A stretch of 64,000 nt of DNA from an uncultured candidate division Zixibacteria bacterium (GCA_963817915.1 CAWFQL010000012.1:288001-352000), one strand, 5' to 3'; shown: positions 40,401 to 51,990, counted from the first letter of the stretch. Made by a program: numbers and translations. Notes: generated from the sequence alone by a model not told the origin.

Positions 40401-43040
40401 ATGAATATTCATAAAAAGATTCCAATCTTGCTAATTATGATAATCGGGATATCTTTTCTTGTCTCGATATCAAGCACCGACGCCTTGCCGCTGCTTTTTG
40501 ACAGCACTTGGGTTGGTTACAATTTGGGAAATTACGACAATGCGCGCTATCCCTGGGATGCCGTTGTGGCCGATTTCAATGGTGATGGGTTTCCTGATGT
40601 GGCGGCCGTTCAGGAGATATTTACGTCGGGCTTTTCTCTTGTCCTGAATGATGGGCATGGCGGCTTTGGCCCCGCAATACATTACTCATCAATTTTGCCA
40701 TCTCTTGGAATTGCCGCTGCGGATTTTAACGGCGATGGATTCAAAGATGTCGCGGTGTCTAACACCGGGCAGAATTTTGAAGGCAATTCGATTTCTGTTT
40801 TTTTCAATGAGGGAAATGGCACCTTTGGAACAGGACATCGCTATACCACTGGTTTGGGTCCGGTCGGTCTGGCCACCGCCGATTTTGATAATGATGGTGA
40901 TATGGATTTGGCGGTCGCGGACTACGGCTTTATTGCCAATGGCGATTCAATTTCCCTGCTTCTCAATAATGGGAATGGAACATTCGCTACTCGGCATAAT
41001 TATCGAGTTGGAGTCGCTCCTTATAGAATGGCGGCCGCTGACATTAATTCAGATGGGTTCATCGACCTTGCCGTGGGCCGGGAACAGCAAAAGCTTTCAA
41101 TTCTTATCAATAACGGTACCGGGGGATTTAATCAGCCGACGATTTATAATGTCCTTCGAGGTGGAGGTGGGGATTTTTATCCAGATGTATGCGTAGCTGA
41201 TATGGACAATGACGGCGACCAGGATGTGCTTTATGTCAGCACGAGAACCTGGATCAATGATGACACAGGAGTAATTGCCCTTTTTCGAAATAATGGTAAC
41301 GGAACATTGGCGGCGGTTCAGTATATCCCGCTTATCTGGTTTACCGCTGGTCCTGTAGATGTCAATACCGGCGATTTGAATAACGATGGCTGGCTTGATA
41401 TTGTGGCTGCTCACCACGACGGAAGAGCCGGCGATGGCGTTGAGGTAGTCTTGAGCAATGGACATGGGGGGTTTCAGTCCGCTATTCGATACCCAGCCGG
41501 GCAGACAACATCAGCCGCTTTGGTGTCGGATGTCGATTCCGATGGTGATCTCGATATAATTTCGATAGATAATTATTCATTGGAAATGACAGTTCATTTC
41601 AATTCGGGAAATGGCCATTTCCCCATTCCACGATTATTCAATGTGGAACCGTATTCGACATTTCTCGATGCCGGTGATATCGATGGCGACGGCGACCTCG
41701 ATATAGTTACATCATCGAGCGGAGTTGCGGTCGGGACGCCTGTTTCCATATTAAAGAATCACGGAAACGGCGTCTTTGATCCGCATATCGCACTGTCGTT
41801 AGCCGGTGGCGGCGCCTGCGCCAAGTTGCGCGATCTCGATAGCGATGGAGATCTCGATTTGCTTGTAATGTCGCCTAACACGGCGCCTCCTTATGACTTT
41901 TTCACCGCCATGAATAATGGAAGCGGTACTTTCGGCTCGTTTACAAGATGGCCGGTAGGTGGATGCGGCTGGGGAGACATAGATGCAGTTGACCTCGACA
42001 ATGATGGCGACCTTGATGTAATTGTCACTGAATATGAAGCTTGCATCAATGATCCCAATTCAGGTCGTCGTGTTTATATCAGCTTGAACAATGGCAATGG
42101 CACTTTTGCCCCAGCATACTTTATTCCAACGAGCGGAAATCCGTACGCAATTACTATCGGTGACTACAACCATGACGGAATTATCGATGTCGTAACTGAC
42201 CACTATGGAAGCTATGGGGCCAATAACTGGATAGAAGTCCATCTCGGCAACGGGCATGGCGGATTTCTTTCCAATACTGTTTATGAAGTAGGGCAGGGGC
42301 CGTATGATATTGTTTCTGCGGACTTCAATAGAGACGGTAATCTTGATCTGGCAACAGGGAACGCGGGGGCAGGCGATATCGGGATAGAGACAATGTCGGT
42401 GCTGCTCGGCAATGGCAACGGTACATTTCGTCCCGCCGTGACTTATGATGGCTCATACTCGCCTGATCTTCTCGGCGTCACCGGGATCACTTCAGGCGAT
42501 ATAGATCATGACGGTGATATCGATCTTCTAGTCAGCAACACGGGGTCGAATGATCTTTCCGTGTACCTGAATGATGGCCTAGGTAATTTCAATTTCGCCA
42601 TGAGATACGGTGTTAATTCTGACGCGTTCTCTCCTCTTTATGCTGATTTTAACGGTGATGGCATCGGCGACGTAGCCTCGTTGGCTCTTCTTCCTCCGGA
42701 TGGTGGCGGGGGCGTGGTAGCTATCCTTCCGGGCCGGGCGACACCTACGAGCGTAGAAGATAATATTCCAATTCCACAACAATTTCTTTTATCTCAAAAT
42801 TACCCGAACCCATTTAACTCGTCCACGAATATCAAGTATCATTTACCCAAAGCGAGCCGTGTCGGTCTTGATATATACAATTTGCTCGGACAGCACATTA
42901 AGTCATTGGTTGACGATTATCAAAATGCCGGAAATCATGAAGTAAATTGGAACGCGTCAACTTCGGCCTCAGGTGTCTATTTTGTCAAGCTCTCCATTGA
43001 TAATCATAGTGAATCTCGGAAAATGCTGCTTTTAAAATAA
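40401..43040 (+). CDS. FG-GAP/VCBS repeat protein (14 repeats, probably two 7-blade propellers) with T9SS-type C-terminal domain
   Basis: 14 D-x-x-x-D-G-x-x-D motifs counted; QNYPNPFN..KMLLLK tail; signal peptide. Confidence 0.9.
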   Translation: MNIHKKIPILLIMIIGISFLVSISSTDALPLLFDSTWVGYNLGNYDNARYPWDAVVADFNGDGFPDVAAVQEIFTSGFSLVLNDGHGGFGPAIHYSSILPSLGIAAADFNGDGFKDVAVSNTGQNFEGNSISVFFNEGNGTFGTGHRYTTGLGPVGLATADFDNDGDMDLAVADYGFIANGDSISLLLNNGNGTFATRHNYRVGVAPYRMAAADINSDGFIDLAVGREQQKLSILINNGTGGFNQPTIYNVLRGGGGDFYPDVCVADMDNDGDQDVLYVSTRTWINDDTGVIALFRNNGNGTLAAVQYIPLIWFTAGPVDVNTGDLNNDGWLDIVAAHHDGRAGDGVEVVLSNGHGGFQSAIRYPAGQTTSAALVSDVDSDGDLDIISIDNYSLEMTVHFNSGNGHFPIPRLFNVEPYSTFLDAGDIDGDGDLDIVTSSSGVAVGTPVSILKNHGNGVFDPHIALSLAGGGACAKLRDLDSDGDLDLLVMSPNTAPPYDFFTAMNNGSGTFGSFTRWPVGGCGWGDIDAVDLDNDGDLDVIVTEYEACINDPNSGRRVYISLNNGNGTFAPAYFIPTSGNPYAITIGDYNHDGIIDVVTDHYGSYGANNWIEVHLGNGHGGFLSNTVYEVGQGPYDIVSADFNRDGNLDLATGNAGAGDIGIETMSVLLGNGNGTFRPAVTYDGSYSPDLLGVTGITSGDIDHDGDIDLLVSNTGSNDLSVYLNDGLGNFNFAMRYGVNSDAFSPLYADFNGDGIGDVASLALLPPDGGGGVVAILPGRATPTSVEDNIPIPQQFLLSQNYPNPFNSSTNIKYHLPKASRVGLDIYNLLGQHIKSLVDDYQNAGNHEVNWNASTSASGVYFVKLSIDNHSESRKMLLLK

Positions 43041-43130
43041 TATGATTTCATCAAATTAATGCAGGCTATCCTATGGAATCTGACAATTAGGATTTGACAA
43101 GAAAGCGCTTATTGAGCTAATAATATCGTC

Positions 43131-44372
43131 ATGAACGATATTACTCTGCCGATTCAATTACGATTTTTCATAGCGCTGGGGCTTTCCTTTTTAGTCGGGC
43201 TGGAAAGAGAAAGCTCTGGTTTTGCCACCAAGGGCCGAGTATTTGCGGGAGTCAGGACTTATTCGCTTATAGGTGTTTATGGATTCAGTTGCGGATGGTT
43301 AGCAAGTATTAACCAGCCGCTGGCATTGCCGATTGGTATGTTGTCATTGACCGCCATCGCGATTGTTGGATACCTGGCTAAACTTAAGAGCGATTTTGTC
43401 GGCTGGACCAGCGAGGTTGCCGCCTTACTCACATTCGTAATGGGTGCGTTATGCCTTTTGACCGATATCTGGGTACCTTTGGCGCTTGGAATTGTAGGGA
43501 CTTTCCTGCTCTCCGAAAAGGCGATGATCGAAAAATATGTCGAAAGCCTCGATAATGCCGAATTCCTCGCTGTAGTCAAATTCCTGCTGATATCCCTGAT
43601 TATATTGCCCGTGCTTCCCAACCAGGAATATACGCAATTCAAATTGAATCCGAGCAAGATTTGGCAAATCGTAGTATTGGTCTCGACAGTAGGATTTGCA
43701 GGATATTTTCTAACTAAGAAATTTGGGAGCAAGGCCGGATTATGGCTTTCAGGATTATTGGGTGGAATTGTATCAAGTACGGCCGTCAGTATTGCGGCTG
43801 GCAGGATCGCGCAGAAATCATCGGATAGAAGCGTAAACGCCCTACAGGCAACCATACTGGCCAGTTCAATCATGTATATCAGGATTCTGGCCCTGATTTG
43901 GTTTATAAATCCCGGATTCGTGAAATATTTCTGGCTGAAACTGGTAGCGCTCGCGATAATTGGATTAGCGCTTTCAATTCATAAAGAGGGTAAAATACCG
44001 GTATCCGAAAAAATTCCGGTTCGCCCTCCAACCAACCCGTTCGAGATCAGGCCCGCTCTCGTATTTGCCACGCTTTTCGTTATTCTCTCGGTATTAACGG
44101 TTCTCGTCGAGCGGTTATATGGTGATGCCGGTATAATAACATTGGCTGGAATTGTGGGCGTTACGGATATTGACCCATTTATTCTCTCGGTTGTCAATCA
44201 AGCTTCGTTGATTCAGCAATTGGCAGTTTCCGCGATAATTATTTCAATGATGAGCAATACGATTATTAAGGGCATCTATTTCGGATTTTTAGCCAAAGAG
44301 GTTCGGAAATCCACTGCCTGGCGGTTTGGTATTTGGGCGATATTACATATACCGGTTTTATTCCTTTTATAA
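43131..44372 (+). CDS. MgtC/SapB-family membrane protein with DUF4010 region
   Basis: GLERE..AGVRTY, G.TSE.A, GG.VSSTA, G.TDID. Confidence 0.85.
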   Translation: MNDITLPIQLRFFIALGLSFLVGLERESSGFATKGRVFAGVRTYSLIGVYGFSCGWLASINQPLALPIGMLSLTAIAIVGYLAKLKSDFVGWTSEVAALLTFVMGALCLLTDIWVPLALGIVGTFLLSEKAMIEKYVESLDNAEFLAVVKFLLISLIILPVLPNQEYTQFKLNPSKIWQIVVLVSTVGFAGYFLTKKFGSKAGLWLSGLLGGIVSSTAVSIAAGRIAQKSSDRSVNALQATILASSIMYIRILALIWFINPGFVKYFWLKLVALAIIGLALSIHKEGKIPVSEKIPVRPPTNPFEIRPALVFATLFVILSVLTVLVERLYGDAGIITLAGIVGVTDIDPFILSVVNQASLIQQLAVSAIIISMMSNTIIKGIYFGFLAKEVRKSTAWRFGIWAILHIPVLFLL

Positions 44373-44422
44373 TAAATAGTAATAGTCTAATAATAATATC
44401 ACTGACGCAATTTTATCTTTTT

Positions 44423-45781
44423 TCAAGATCGCTTGCCCACAATTAGAGCAGTAGGGCCTGGTAGCGCGATCTTTCTGATATCCGTGAATCCGGCCGATAA
44501 TAACCATTCCCGATATTCATCCTCGCTATAGGTAGAACCTGAACGTGTCGCCACCAGCATATTGATCGCGAACATAGCCCCGCTTAATGGTGAAGTCTTA
44601 TCGGAACTCATAATAAAATCCTGCATCACTACCTGTCCGCCAGAAGTCATCGCCTTATATATTTTTCGAAATAACCGCATATTTTCATCAGGGCTGAACA
44701 TATGGCAAATCGCTGAAATTAATGCCAGATCATACCCTTGGCCCAAATCATCTGTAAGCATGTTGCCTCCGCGAGTTGTTATTCTATCCTCAAGGCCCGA
44801 GTCGCGGATATATTTTTGTGTCAACAGCAGTACTTCCGGAAGGTCGAAAATATCGGCATGAATATTTGAATTGGCGCGCGCGAGCGCAATCGAATAAGCA
44901 CCTGAGCCGCCTCCAATATCCAGGACTCGCTTGGTCCGGCTTAAATCAAAAGCCTTTACAACTATCGGCGCGCGGAAATTTGCATTCTTATGCATCGCGG
45001 CTATAAATGCTTCCGTGTTTTGCGCTGATCTTTTTCGTCTTTTAGCTGGCGTTGATTTACCATTGGATACACAATCGGTCAATTTCGACCAACTGTCCCA
45101 GAGATTCACGGTATGCATCAGGCTCATCCTGGAATCATCTTTACTCCCCCCAACGAAATACCGTTTGACCATATGCGAATTGCGATAAATGCCATCCTGC
45201 TTTTCGAGTAAATTCAATGCAGCAAGTGAATTCAGCAACGCTTCTGTTCCTCTCTGGTCAAGATTGAGTTTCGCTGACAATTCTTTCACGCTTGAACCAT
45301 CTTTAATTGCGCTGAAAATATCCAATTCGACAGCAGTAAGAATAATTCGACTTGAGCGAAAGCCCTGAATGATTTGCATTAGATCATCGGGTATTACACC
45401 TGCTTCATCCTGAGCCCTTAATGCGGCCAGCATTTTGGCCTTATTGAATTCGATTTCGATTTTCAAGGCGGATGAGTCGCTATTTGCCAGATGTTCGACC
45501 GTTCGGCCCGATTTAAAATGCTCGTCAATAATTTCGATTATGTTTTCAGGTGTCAGCCCGGAGTACCAAATACCATCAGGATAAACAACCATATTCGGTC
45601 CGCGCTCGCATAAGCCGAGCGAACCGCAGGCTGTAATTTGGACATCATTTCCTAATCCACGGCTTATTATCTCCTTTCTCAGCACTTCAATAACCCTTGC
45701 TGATCCTCTCGCCGAACAACACGGGGCGCCTTCCGGCTTCTTTTGATCGCAGATATATACATGGTAACGGAAAGCTTCCAT
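44423..45781 (-). CDS. Thioredoxin-like [2Fe-2S] ferredoxin fused to a class I O-methyltransferase
   Basis: HVYIC..CC..CGSLGLCERGP..VYPDGIWY, then dimerisation helices and LDIGGGSG, H.F, M...T..G..Y. Confidence 0.85.
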   Translation of the reverse strand: MEAFRYHVYICDQKKPEGAPCCSARGSARVIEVLRKEIISRGLGNDVQITACGSLGLCERGPNMVVYPDGIWYSGLTPENIIEIIDEHFKSGRTVEHLANSDSSALKIEIEFNKAKMLAALRAQDEAGVIPDDLMQIIQGFRSSRIILTAVELDIFSAIKDGSSVKELSAKLNLDQRGTEALLNSLAALNLLEKQDGIYRNSHMVKRYFVGGSKDDSRMSLMHTVNLWDSWSKLTDCVSNGKSTPAKRRKRSAQNTEAFIAAMHKNANFRAPIVVKAFDLSRTKRVLDIGGGSGAYSIALARANSNIHADIFDLPEVLLLTQKYIRDSGLEDRITTRGGNMLTDDLGQGYDLALISAICHMFSPDENMRLFRKIYKAMTSGGQVVMQDFIMSSDKTSPLSGAMFAINMLVATRSGSTYSEDEYREWLLSAGFTDIRKIALPGPTALIVGKRS

Positions 45782-46106
45782 CTGGCTTCTCCTATGAAAT
45801 TTGGTTATTGTTCATGACATAATACCAATCCTGCATGCCTTGAGGAAATTTATCCCGAGCATTATTTATGCGCAAGTGAATTGCGATATTCGCGGACTAA
45901 AATATCGGGAACAGCCTTCTAAACTGCGATGTTTAGAAGTAGTCGTAGAGGCAATTTGAATTCTAAAAATTAAAAAAAGATGTGGAGAAAATAACGCGGA
46001 TAAAATATCATCCTTTAATGATATTCCTGGCGCCCTATTTTGCGAGAATATTAAAGCGCTAAGTTTTGAATATCTCAAGAGTAATATAATTTAGAATGAG
46101 GGATTG

Positions 46107-48131
46107 ATGAATAAGACATGGAACGATGAACTAATTATCAATACGATACGCACGTTGTCAATGGACGCTGTTCAGAAAGCCAATTCCGGCCATCCGGGTA
46201 CTCCAATGGCATTAGCGCCGGTAGCTTACACAATCTGGAATAAATTCATGAAATTCAATCCATCCAACCCTGATTGGCCGAATCGTGATCGATTTATATT
46301 ATCGGCGGGACACGCCTCGATGCTTATTTACAGCGTCTTATATTTGATGGGATATAAAATCACGCTTGAAGACATCAAGAATTTCCGTCAGATGGATAGT
46401 AAGACTCCGGGACATCCGGAATATGGTATCGTCCCTGGAATTGAAATGACTACAGGGCCGTTGGGCCAGGGCGTCGGTACGAGCGTGGGAATGGCAATCG
46501 CGGAAAAATGGCTGAAAACATATTTTAATCGACCAGGACAAAATATTATTGATTATCATATTTATACTTTGGCCAGCGATGGCGATATGATGGAGGGTTT
46601 ATCTCATGAAGCGGCGTCGCTTGCCGGCCATTTGGGCCTCGGCAATCTGATCTGGCTATATGATAGCAATTCCATCACAATCGAAGGCAGCACGTCATTG
46701 ACATTTACTGAAGATGTTGCTGCCCGTTTTACTGCGTATGGCTGGCATATTCAAACCGTCGATGATGCCAACGATACTGATAAATTATCCGGAGCAATGA
46801 AAGAAGCAATAGCAGAAAAAGAAAAGCCATCATTGATAATTATCAAAAGCCATATCGCCTATGGAGCGCCTAATAAGCAGGATACGGCGGGCGCGCATGG
46901 CGAGCCCTTGGGAGAGGACGAAATTCGCGGCGCCAAGACATCGTACGGCTGGCCACCGGATAAAAACTTCTATGTGCCTGATGAAATTGAATCATTCACC
47001 GAGCATCAAATTCAAAAAGGGAAAGAGCAGGAAATCATATGGCAAAATTGCTTTGCCGAATATGAGAAAAAATTTCCGCTTTTAGCCCGACAGTTTATAC
47101 AGATTCAAAATGGGAACCTGCCCGATAACTGGGAAACTGCGCTTCAGAAATTCCAGCCGGATACCAAGGGGATGGCCACGAGAATATCAAACAGCAAGAT
47201 TCTCAATTCTTTATCTGAAACGATTCCCTGGCTTCTGGGCGGCTCAGCCGATCTTATGCCATCGACAAAAACCAAAATCTCATCATCGGGGGATTTCGAA
47301 AAAAACAATTATGCCGGACGAAATTTCCATTTCGGGATTCGCGAGCATGCCATGGGCGCTATTGTCAATGGTATGGCGTTAAGCAAGCTTCGGCCATTCG
47401 GGGCAACGTTCTTTGTATTCAGCGATTATATGCGACCCGCGATTCGCCTGGCGGCATTAATGAAGATACCATCGATTTTTATCTTCACACATGACAGCAT
47501 CGGGCTCGGCGAGGATGGTCCGACTCATCAACCGATTGAGCATCTTGCGTCGCTCCGGGCTATGCCCGACCTTGACATAATACGTCCTGCCGATGCCAAC
47601 GAATTGAGCGCACTTTGGAAATATATTTTGGAGACTAATGATCGTCCGGCGGCCTTAGTTTTGAGCCGTCAGGACCTTCCGACAATTGACCGTGATAAAT
47701 ATGCATCGTACGGGGATCCTGCCAGGGGAGCATATATACTGGCGGATTCCAAAGGAACACCAGACATAATTCTTCTCTCCACTGGATCCGAAATTTCGCT
47801 TTGTCTCGAAGCCTTTGAAATATTGAAAAAAGACGGCCATAATCCCCGCGTGGTGAGTATGCCATGTTGGAGCTTGTTCGAACGGCAGACTTCAAAATAT
47901 CGAAATATGATATTGCCGAAAGAAGTTAAAGCCAGAGTTGCTATTGAGGCCGCATCGCAGTTGGGGTGGGAGAGATATTCTGGCGATAACGGCGCAATAA
48001 TTGCCTTAAATCATTTCGGGGCATCCGCGCCATATAAAAAACTATATCAGAAATTCGGGCTAACCATAGAAAATATAGTCGAAAAATCCAAGTCAGTAAT
48101 AAACCAAATAAAAGATAATAATCTAAAGTGA
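46107..48131 (+). CDS. tkt: Transketolase
   Basis: ANSGHPG, DRFILSAGH, TTGPLGQG, SDGD, FGIREH, GEDGPTHQ. Confidence 0.97.
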   Translation: MNKTWNDELIINTIRTLSMDAVQKANSGHPGTPMALAPVAYTIWNKFMKFNPSNPDWPNRDRFILSAGHASMLIYSVLYLMGYKITLEDIKNFRQMDSKTPGHPEYGIVPGIEMTTGPLGQGVGTSVGMAIAEKWLKTYFNRPGQNIIDYHIYTLASDGDMMEGLSHEAASLAGHLGLGNLIWLYDSNSITIEGSTSLTFTEDVAARFTAYGWHIQTVDDANDTDKLSGAMKEAIAEKEKPSLIIIKSHIAYGAPNKQDTAGAHGEPLGEDEIRGAKTSYGWPPDKNFYVPDEIESFTEHQIQKGKEQEIIWQNCFAEYEKKFPLLARQFIQIQNGNLPDNWETALQKFQPDTKGMATRISNSKILNSLSETIPWLLGGSADLMPSTKTKISSSGDFEKNNYAGRNFHFGIREHAMGAIVNGMALSKLRPFGATFFVFSDYMRPAIRLAALMKIPSIFIFTHDSIGLGEDGPTHQPIEHLASLRAMPDLDIIRPADANELSALWKYILETNDRPAALVLSRQDLPTIDRDKYASYGDPARGAYILADSKGTPDIILLSTGSEISLCLEAFEILKKDGHNPRVVSMPCWSLFERQTSKYRNMILPKEVKARVAIEAASQLGWERYSGDNGAIIALNHFGASAPYKKLYQKFGLTIENIVEKSKSVINQIKDNNLK

Positions 48132-48173
48132 CTAAAATCGAAAAAATAATTTCTAATATTAAGGAGTAAAAAG

Positions 48174-49076
48174 ATGGAATTAGCCATCATTGGTCTGGGC
48201 AAGATGGGCGGCAATATGATGAGGCGGCTCATAAAAGGCGGACATAAAGTGGTAGCATTTAGCAGAAGCGTCGAAAGCGTAAAATCCGCTGAAAAGGATG
48301 GAGCCATTCCAGCATATTCTCTCGATGAAATTAAAACCAAGCTTCGAGCCCCTCGCATAATATGGGTGATGGTGCCATCGGGCGATGCCACAGAGACGAC
48401 ACTTAAAAGCTTGTCTTCCCTCATGAGCCCGAAAGATATTATAATCGATGGCGGCAACAGCAATTACAAAGATACTATGACTCGGGCCGGCTGGCTAAAG
48501 GAAAAAAGATTTCAATTCGTTGATGTCGGGACAAGCGGTGGCATTTGGGGATTGCGCGAGGGATACAGCATGATGATCGGCGGCTCGAAAGAATCTGTCG
48601 ATTATCTTCGACCGATTTTCGAGACATTGGCGCCATCGCCAACCGAGGGCTGGGGGCATGTCGGTCCGAATGGCGCCGGGCACTTCGTCAAAATGATACA
48701 TAATGGAATAGAATATGGTATGATGCAGGCCTACGCCGAGGGTTTTGAAATTCTCGAAAAAAAGAAGGAATTTAATGTCGATCTTTTCAAGGTCGGTCAA
48801 ATCTGGCAAAAGGGAAGCGTAGTTCGTTCATGGCTGCTTGATTTGACTGTTGCTGCGTTGGAAAAAGATCAAAAGCTGCAGAATATCAAACCCTGGGTCG
48901 CGGATAGCGGCGAGGGACGATGGACTGTCAAAGAGGCAATCGATCTCGATGTACCGGCTCCAGTAATTACCCATTCACTTATGATGAGATTCATTAGCAG
49001 AGATGAGGAAAATTTCGCGGCCCGGCTTTTATCTGCATTGAGAAATCAATTCGGCGGCCATGAGATAAAGAAATAA
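48174..49076 (+). CDS. gnd: 6-phosphogluconate dehydrogenase, decarboxylating (short form)
   Basis: GLGKMG, DGGNS, GTSGG, GHFVKMIHNGIEYG, LRNQFGGH. Confidence 0.95.
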   Translation: MELAIIGLGKMGGNMMRRLIKGGHKVVAFSRSVESVKSAEKDGAIPAYSLDEIKTKLRAPRIIWVMVPSGDATETTLKSLSSLMSPKDIIIDGGNSNYKDTMTRAGWLKEKRFQFVDVGTSGGIWGLREGYSMMIGGSKESVDYLRPIFETLAPSPTEGWGHVGPNGAGHFVKMIHNGIEYGMMQAYAEGFEILEKKKEFNVDLFKVGQIWQKGSVVRSWLLDLTVAALEKDQKLQNIKPWVADSGEGRWTVKEAIDLDVPAPVITHSLMMRFISRDEENFAARLLSALRNQFGGHEIKK

Positions 49077-49088
49077 GAAGGGCCCAAT

Positions 49089-50625
49089 ATGCAGTTACCT
49101 GAAAACCATATCATAGTCATATTCGGAGCCTCCGGAGATCTGACCAAACGAAAAATAATGCCGTCATTATTCAATCTTTTTTGCTCCGATCGTCTCCCCA
49201 AAAATTTTGCAGTTTTAGGTCTCGGAACTACCAAATATACAGACGAATTATTCCGCGAAAAAATGACGGAATGCATTCAAACATTCGCCAAAAGCAATTC
49301 TTTGAATAAAGAAAAACTGTCTGAATTCCTGGGGCATCTCTATTACGATTCTCTCGATTTTACGATTCCTGATAAATATTTGGAACTCAAGAAACTGCTT
49401 CTCTCTCTTGATAATAAAATCGGCGGCAATTCGAATGTCATCTATTATCTGGCTACAGCGCCTCAATTATTCGAGCCAATCGCCAGAAATCTGGGTCGGC
49501 AAGGGTTAAGCCATCAGGATGGTAATTTCGGTTGGAAACGGATTGTTATTGAAAAGCCGTTTGGATTTGATCTCGATTCTGCCAAAAAGCTAAACCAAGC
49601 TTTGCAGGAGATATTCGGCGAGGAACAAATCTATCGTATAGATCATTATCTGGGCAAAGAGACAGTTCAGAATATCCTGGCGTTTAGATTCGCCAATGGA
49701 ATATTCGAGCCATTATGGAATCGAAATTATATCGACCATATCGAAATAACCGCCACAGAAACCATCGGAATCGAAAACCGCGGCAAGTATTATGATAACG
49801 CCGGCGCGCTGACGAGATATGGTTCAAAACCATCTTTTACAATTGGTAGCCACCATGGCAATGGAACCGCCGTCACGATTCGAATCCAATGAAATTCGAA
49901 ATGAAAAGGCCAAGATATTCCATTCGATAAAGCCCATAAGGCTTGAGAATATTGATAAGCAGGTTGTGCGCGGCCAATATCTCGCATCAACAATTAAAGG
50001 AGAAAACGTTGTCGGTTATCGAAACGAAAGCAACGTGGCCCCTGATTCGAAAACCGAGACATTTATCGCGATAAAGCTTTTTGTAGATAATTGGCGTTGG
50101 GGCGGAGTGCCGTTTTATATCAGAACAGGGAAGAGGCTTCCAACTCGAGTAACCGAAGCTGTAATTCATTTTAAGAGAACGCCTCATTATATGTTTACAC
50201 AGCACGGCTCCTCTGAAGGAGTTGAAAATCAATTGGTTATACGTATTCAACCCGACGAGGGAGTTTTGCTCAAGTTCGGCATGAAATTGCCCGGTGTTGG
50301 CTATGATATCAAGACAGTGAATATGGATTTTCATTATTCGGATTTAGGCGAATTTAACCTGCCCGATGCCTACGAAAGACTTCTCTTGGATTGCATGTTG
50401 GGCGATTCAACTCTCTATGCCAGAGCTGACGCTGTCGAGGCGTGCTGGGCATTCCTGACTCCGATTTTGGATGCGTGGGAAAATAATCCTGACCTCAAAC
50501 TTTACGGCTATCCGTCGGGAACATGGGGGCCGATGGAAGCTATAAAGCTATTCGGCGGCGCCGGACAAGATTGGCGTTACCCCTGCAAAAACCTTAGCAA
50601 CGATGGGGAATATTGCGAGCTTTAG
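49089..50625 (+). CDS. zwf: Glucose-6-phosphate 1-dehydrogenase; one frameshift (extra base near 49812)
   Basis: GASGDL, EKPFG, RIDHYLGKE; removing one base restores GALRDMVQNH; RTGK, YE.LL.D. Confidence 0.93.
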
Positions 50626-51356
50626 ACCCAAATATCCGAATCTTCGAAACGCCCGATAAGCTATCATTGACATTAGCGGGGGAACTCAGGAATTATCTTG
50701 AAGAAGCAAATAGGAAAAATGGCAATTTTAGTATCGCCTTATCAGGCGGATCCACTCCTGAAAATCTTTACAAGCAGCTTGCCGCGGAGCCATTCAGAAG
50801 TGAATTAGCTTGGAATCATGTCCAGATTTTCTGGGGTGATGAACGATGTGTGCCTCCTGATCATCAGGACAGCAACTACGGAATGGTGAATAATATTTTG
50901 TTAACCCATATTTCAATTCCTCGAACGAATATTCATCGAATACAGGGAGAAGCCAATCCTGAAAAAGAGGCGGCCAGATATTCCGAAGAGATTAAAAAAT
51001 TCGTATCATCGACAAAAGATAAAATACCGGTATTCGATTGGGTTTTATTGGGATTAGGCTCTGATGGTCATACCGCGTCGCTATTTCCGGGGGATGAGAA
51101 TAATTGGGGCAAAGATGAATTTTGTATTGTGACGGTCGATCGAAAAAAACCCCAAAAAAGAATTTCAATCACTCTGCCGGTTATAAATAATGCCAGGAGA
51201 GTAACCTTTATGGTTACAGGCGCAGGCAAGAAGGAAATTGTTAAACTTATATTTGATGAAAGGAGCAACAGCAAACATCTTCCCGCAATGATGGTTCGCC
51301 CCCACGATTGTATTGTTGATTGGTACATTGATAAAGAAGCGGCGAGATTATTATAG
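50613..51356 (+). CDS. pgl: 6-phosphogluconolactonase
   Basis: ALSGGSTP, GDERCVP..SN, LG.G.DGHTASLFP. Confidence 0.93.
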   Translation: MRALDPNIRIFETPDKLSLTLAGELRNYLEEANRKNGNFSIALSGGSTPENLYKQLAAEPFRSELAWNHVQIFWGDERCVPPDHQDSNYGMVNNILLTHISIPRTNIHRIQGEANPEKEAARYSEEIKKFVSSTKDKIPVFDWVLLGLGSDGHTASLFPGDENNWGKDEFCIVTVDRKKPQKRISITLPVINNARRVTFMVTGAGKKEIVKLIFDERSNSKHLPAMMVRPHDCIVDWYIDKEAARLL

Positions 51357-51376
51357 GAAGTGTATGTCAAAAGCAT

Positions 51377-51823
51377 ATGAAAACTTTAAATTCAACTAAA
51401 TCGAAATCGATTGTTATGGCAATTATTTTTGGTTCGGCAATGCTAGTAATGTTACTTTTAGTAATGAACGTTGCTTGTGGAGGCGGCAAGAAGCAATTGT
51501 TAGATATCACGACATCTCAGGCCGACAGCGTCATAACTTCAAATCTGCAAAATCCGCAGTTTAAGATACTTGATGTCCGCACGCCCGCTGAATTTGAAAC
51601 AGGCCATCTGTCAGGCTCAATTAATATAGATTTCCGTTCCGCGGATTTTGAATCGAAGATCGGCTCCCTTCAGAAAGACGGCAAATACCTTGTCTATTGC
51701 AGGACAGGCCATCGCAGCGCTAGTGCTATGAGCGTGATGAAAAGCAAGAATTTTATCGAGGTCTACAATATGTTAGGTGGAATTACCAAATGGAATGAAG
51801 AAAAGCGAGCTACGGTTCAATAA
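51377..51823 (+). CDS. Rhodanese-like domain protein, probable lipoprotein
   Basis: LDVRTP.EF..GH, YCRTGHRS; hydrophobic leader ending VAC. Confidence 0.85.
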   Translation: MKTLNSTKSKSIVMAIIFGSAMLVMLLLVMNVACGGGKKQLLDITTSQADSVITSNLQNPQFKILDVRTPAEFETGHLSGSINIDFRSADFESKIGSLQKDGKYLVYCRTGHRSASAMSVMKSKNFIEVYNMLGGITKWNEEKRATVQ

Positions 51824-51893
51824 TTATTCCAGTGAAATTGCATAGTGCCGCCGCAATTTTATTTATTTGACGCGAGTTCCGCGCCGTATAGCC

Positions 51894-51922
51894 TTGCATA
51901 ATTTAATAAAAGTAATTATCAT
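51894..51922 (+). promoter_or_regulatory. Sigma70-like promoter
   Basis: TTGCAT-17 nt-TATCAT upstream of 51991. Confidence 0.5.
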
Positions 51923-51990
51923 TAAATGTATGATATTTTTCCGAGCCCTGGCTCAAGCTGTTTCAAAAACTGAAAAGCAGAGATAATAAA

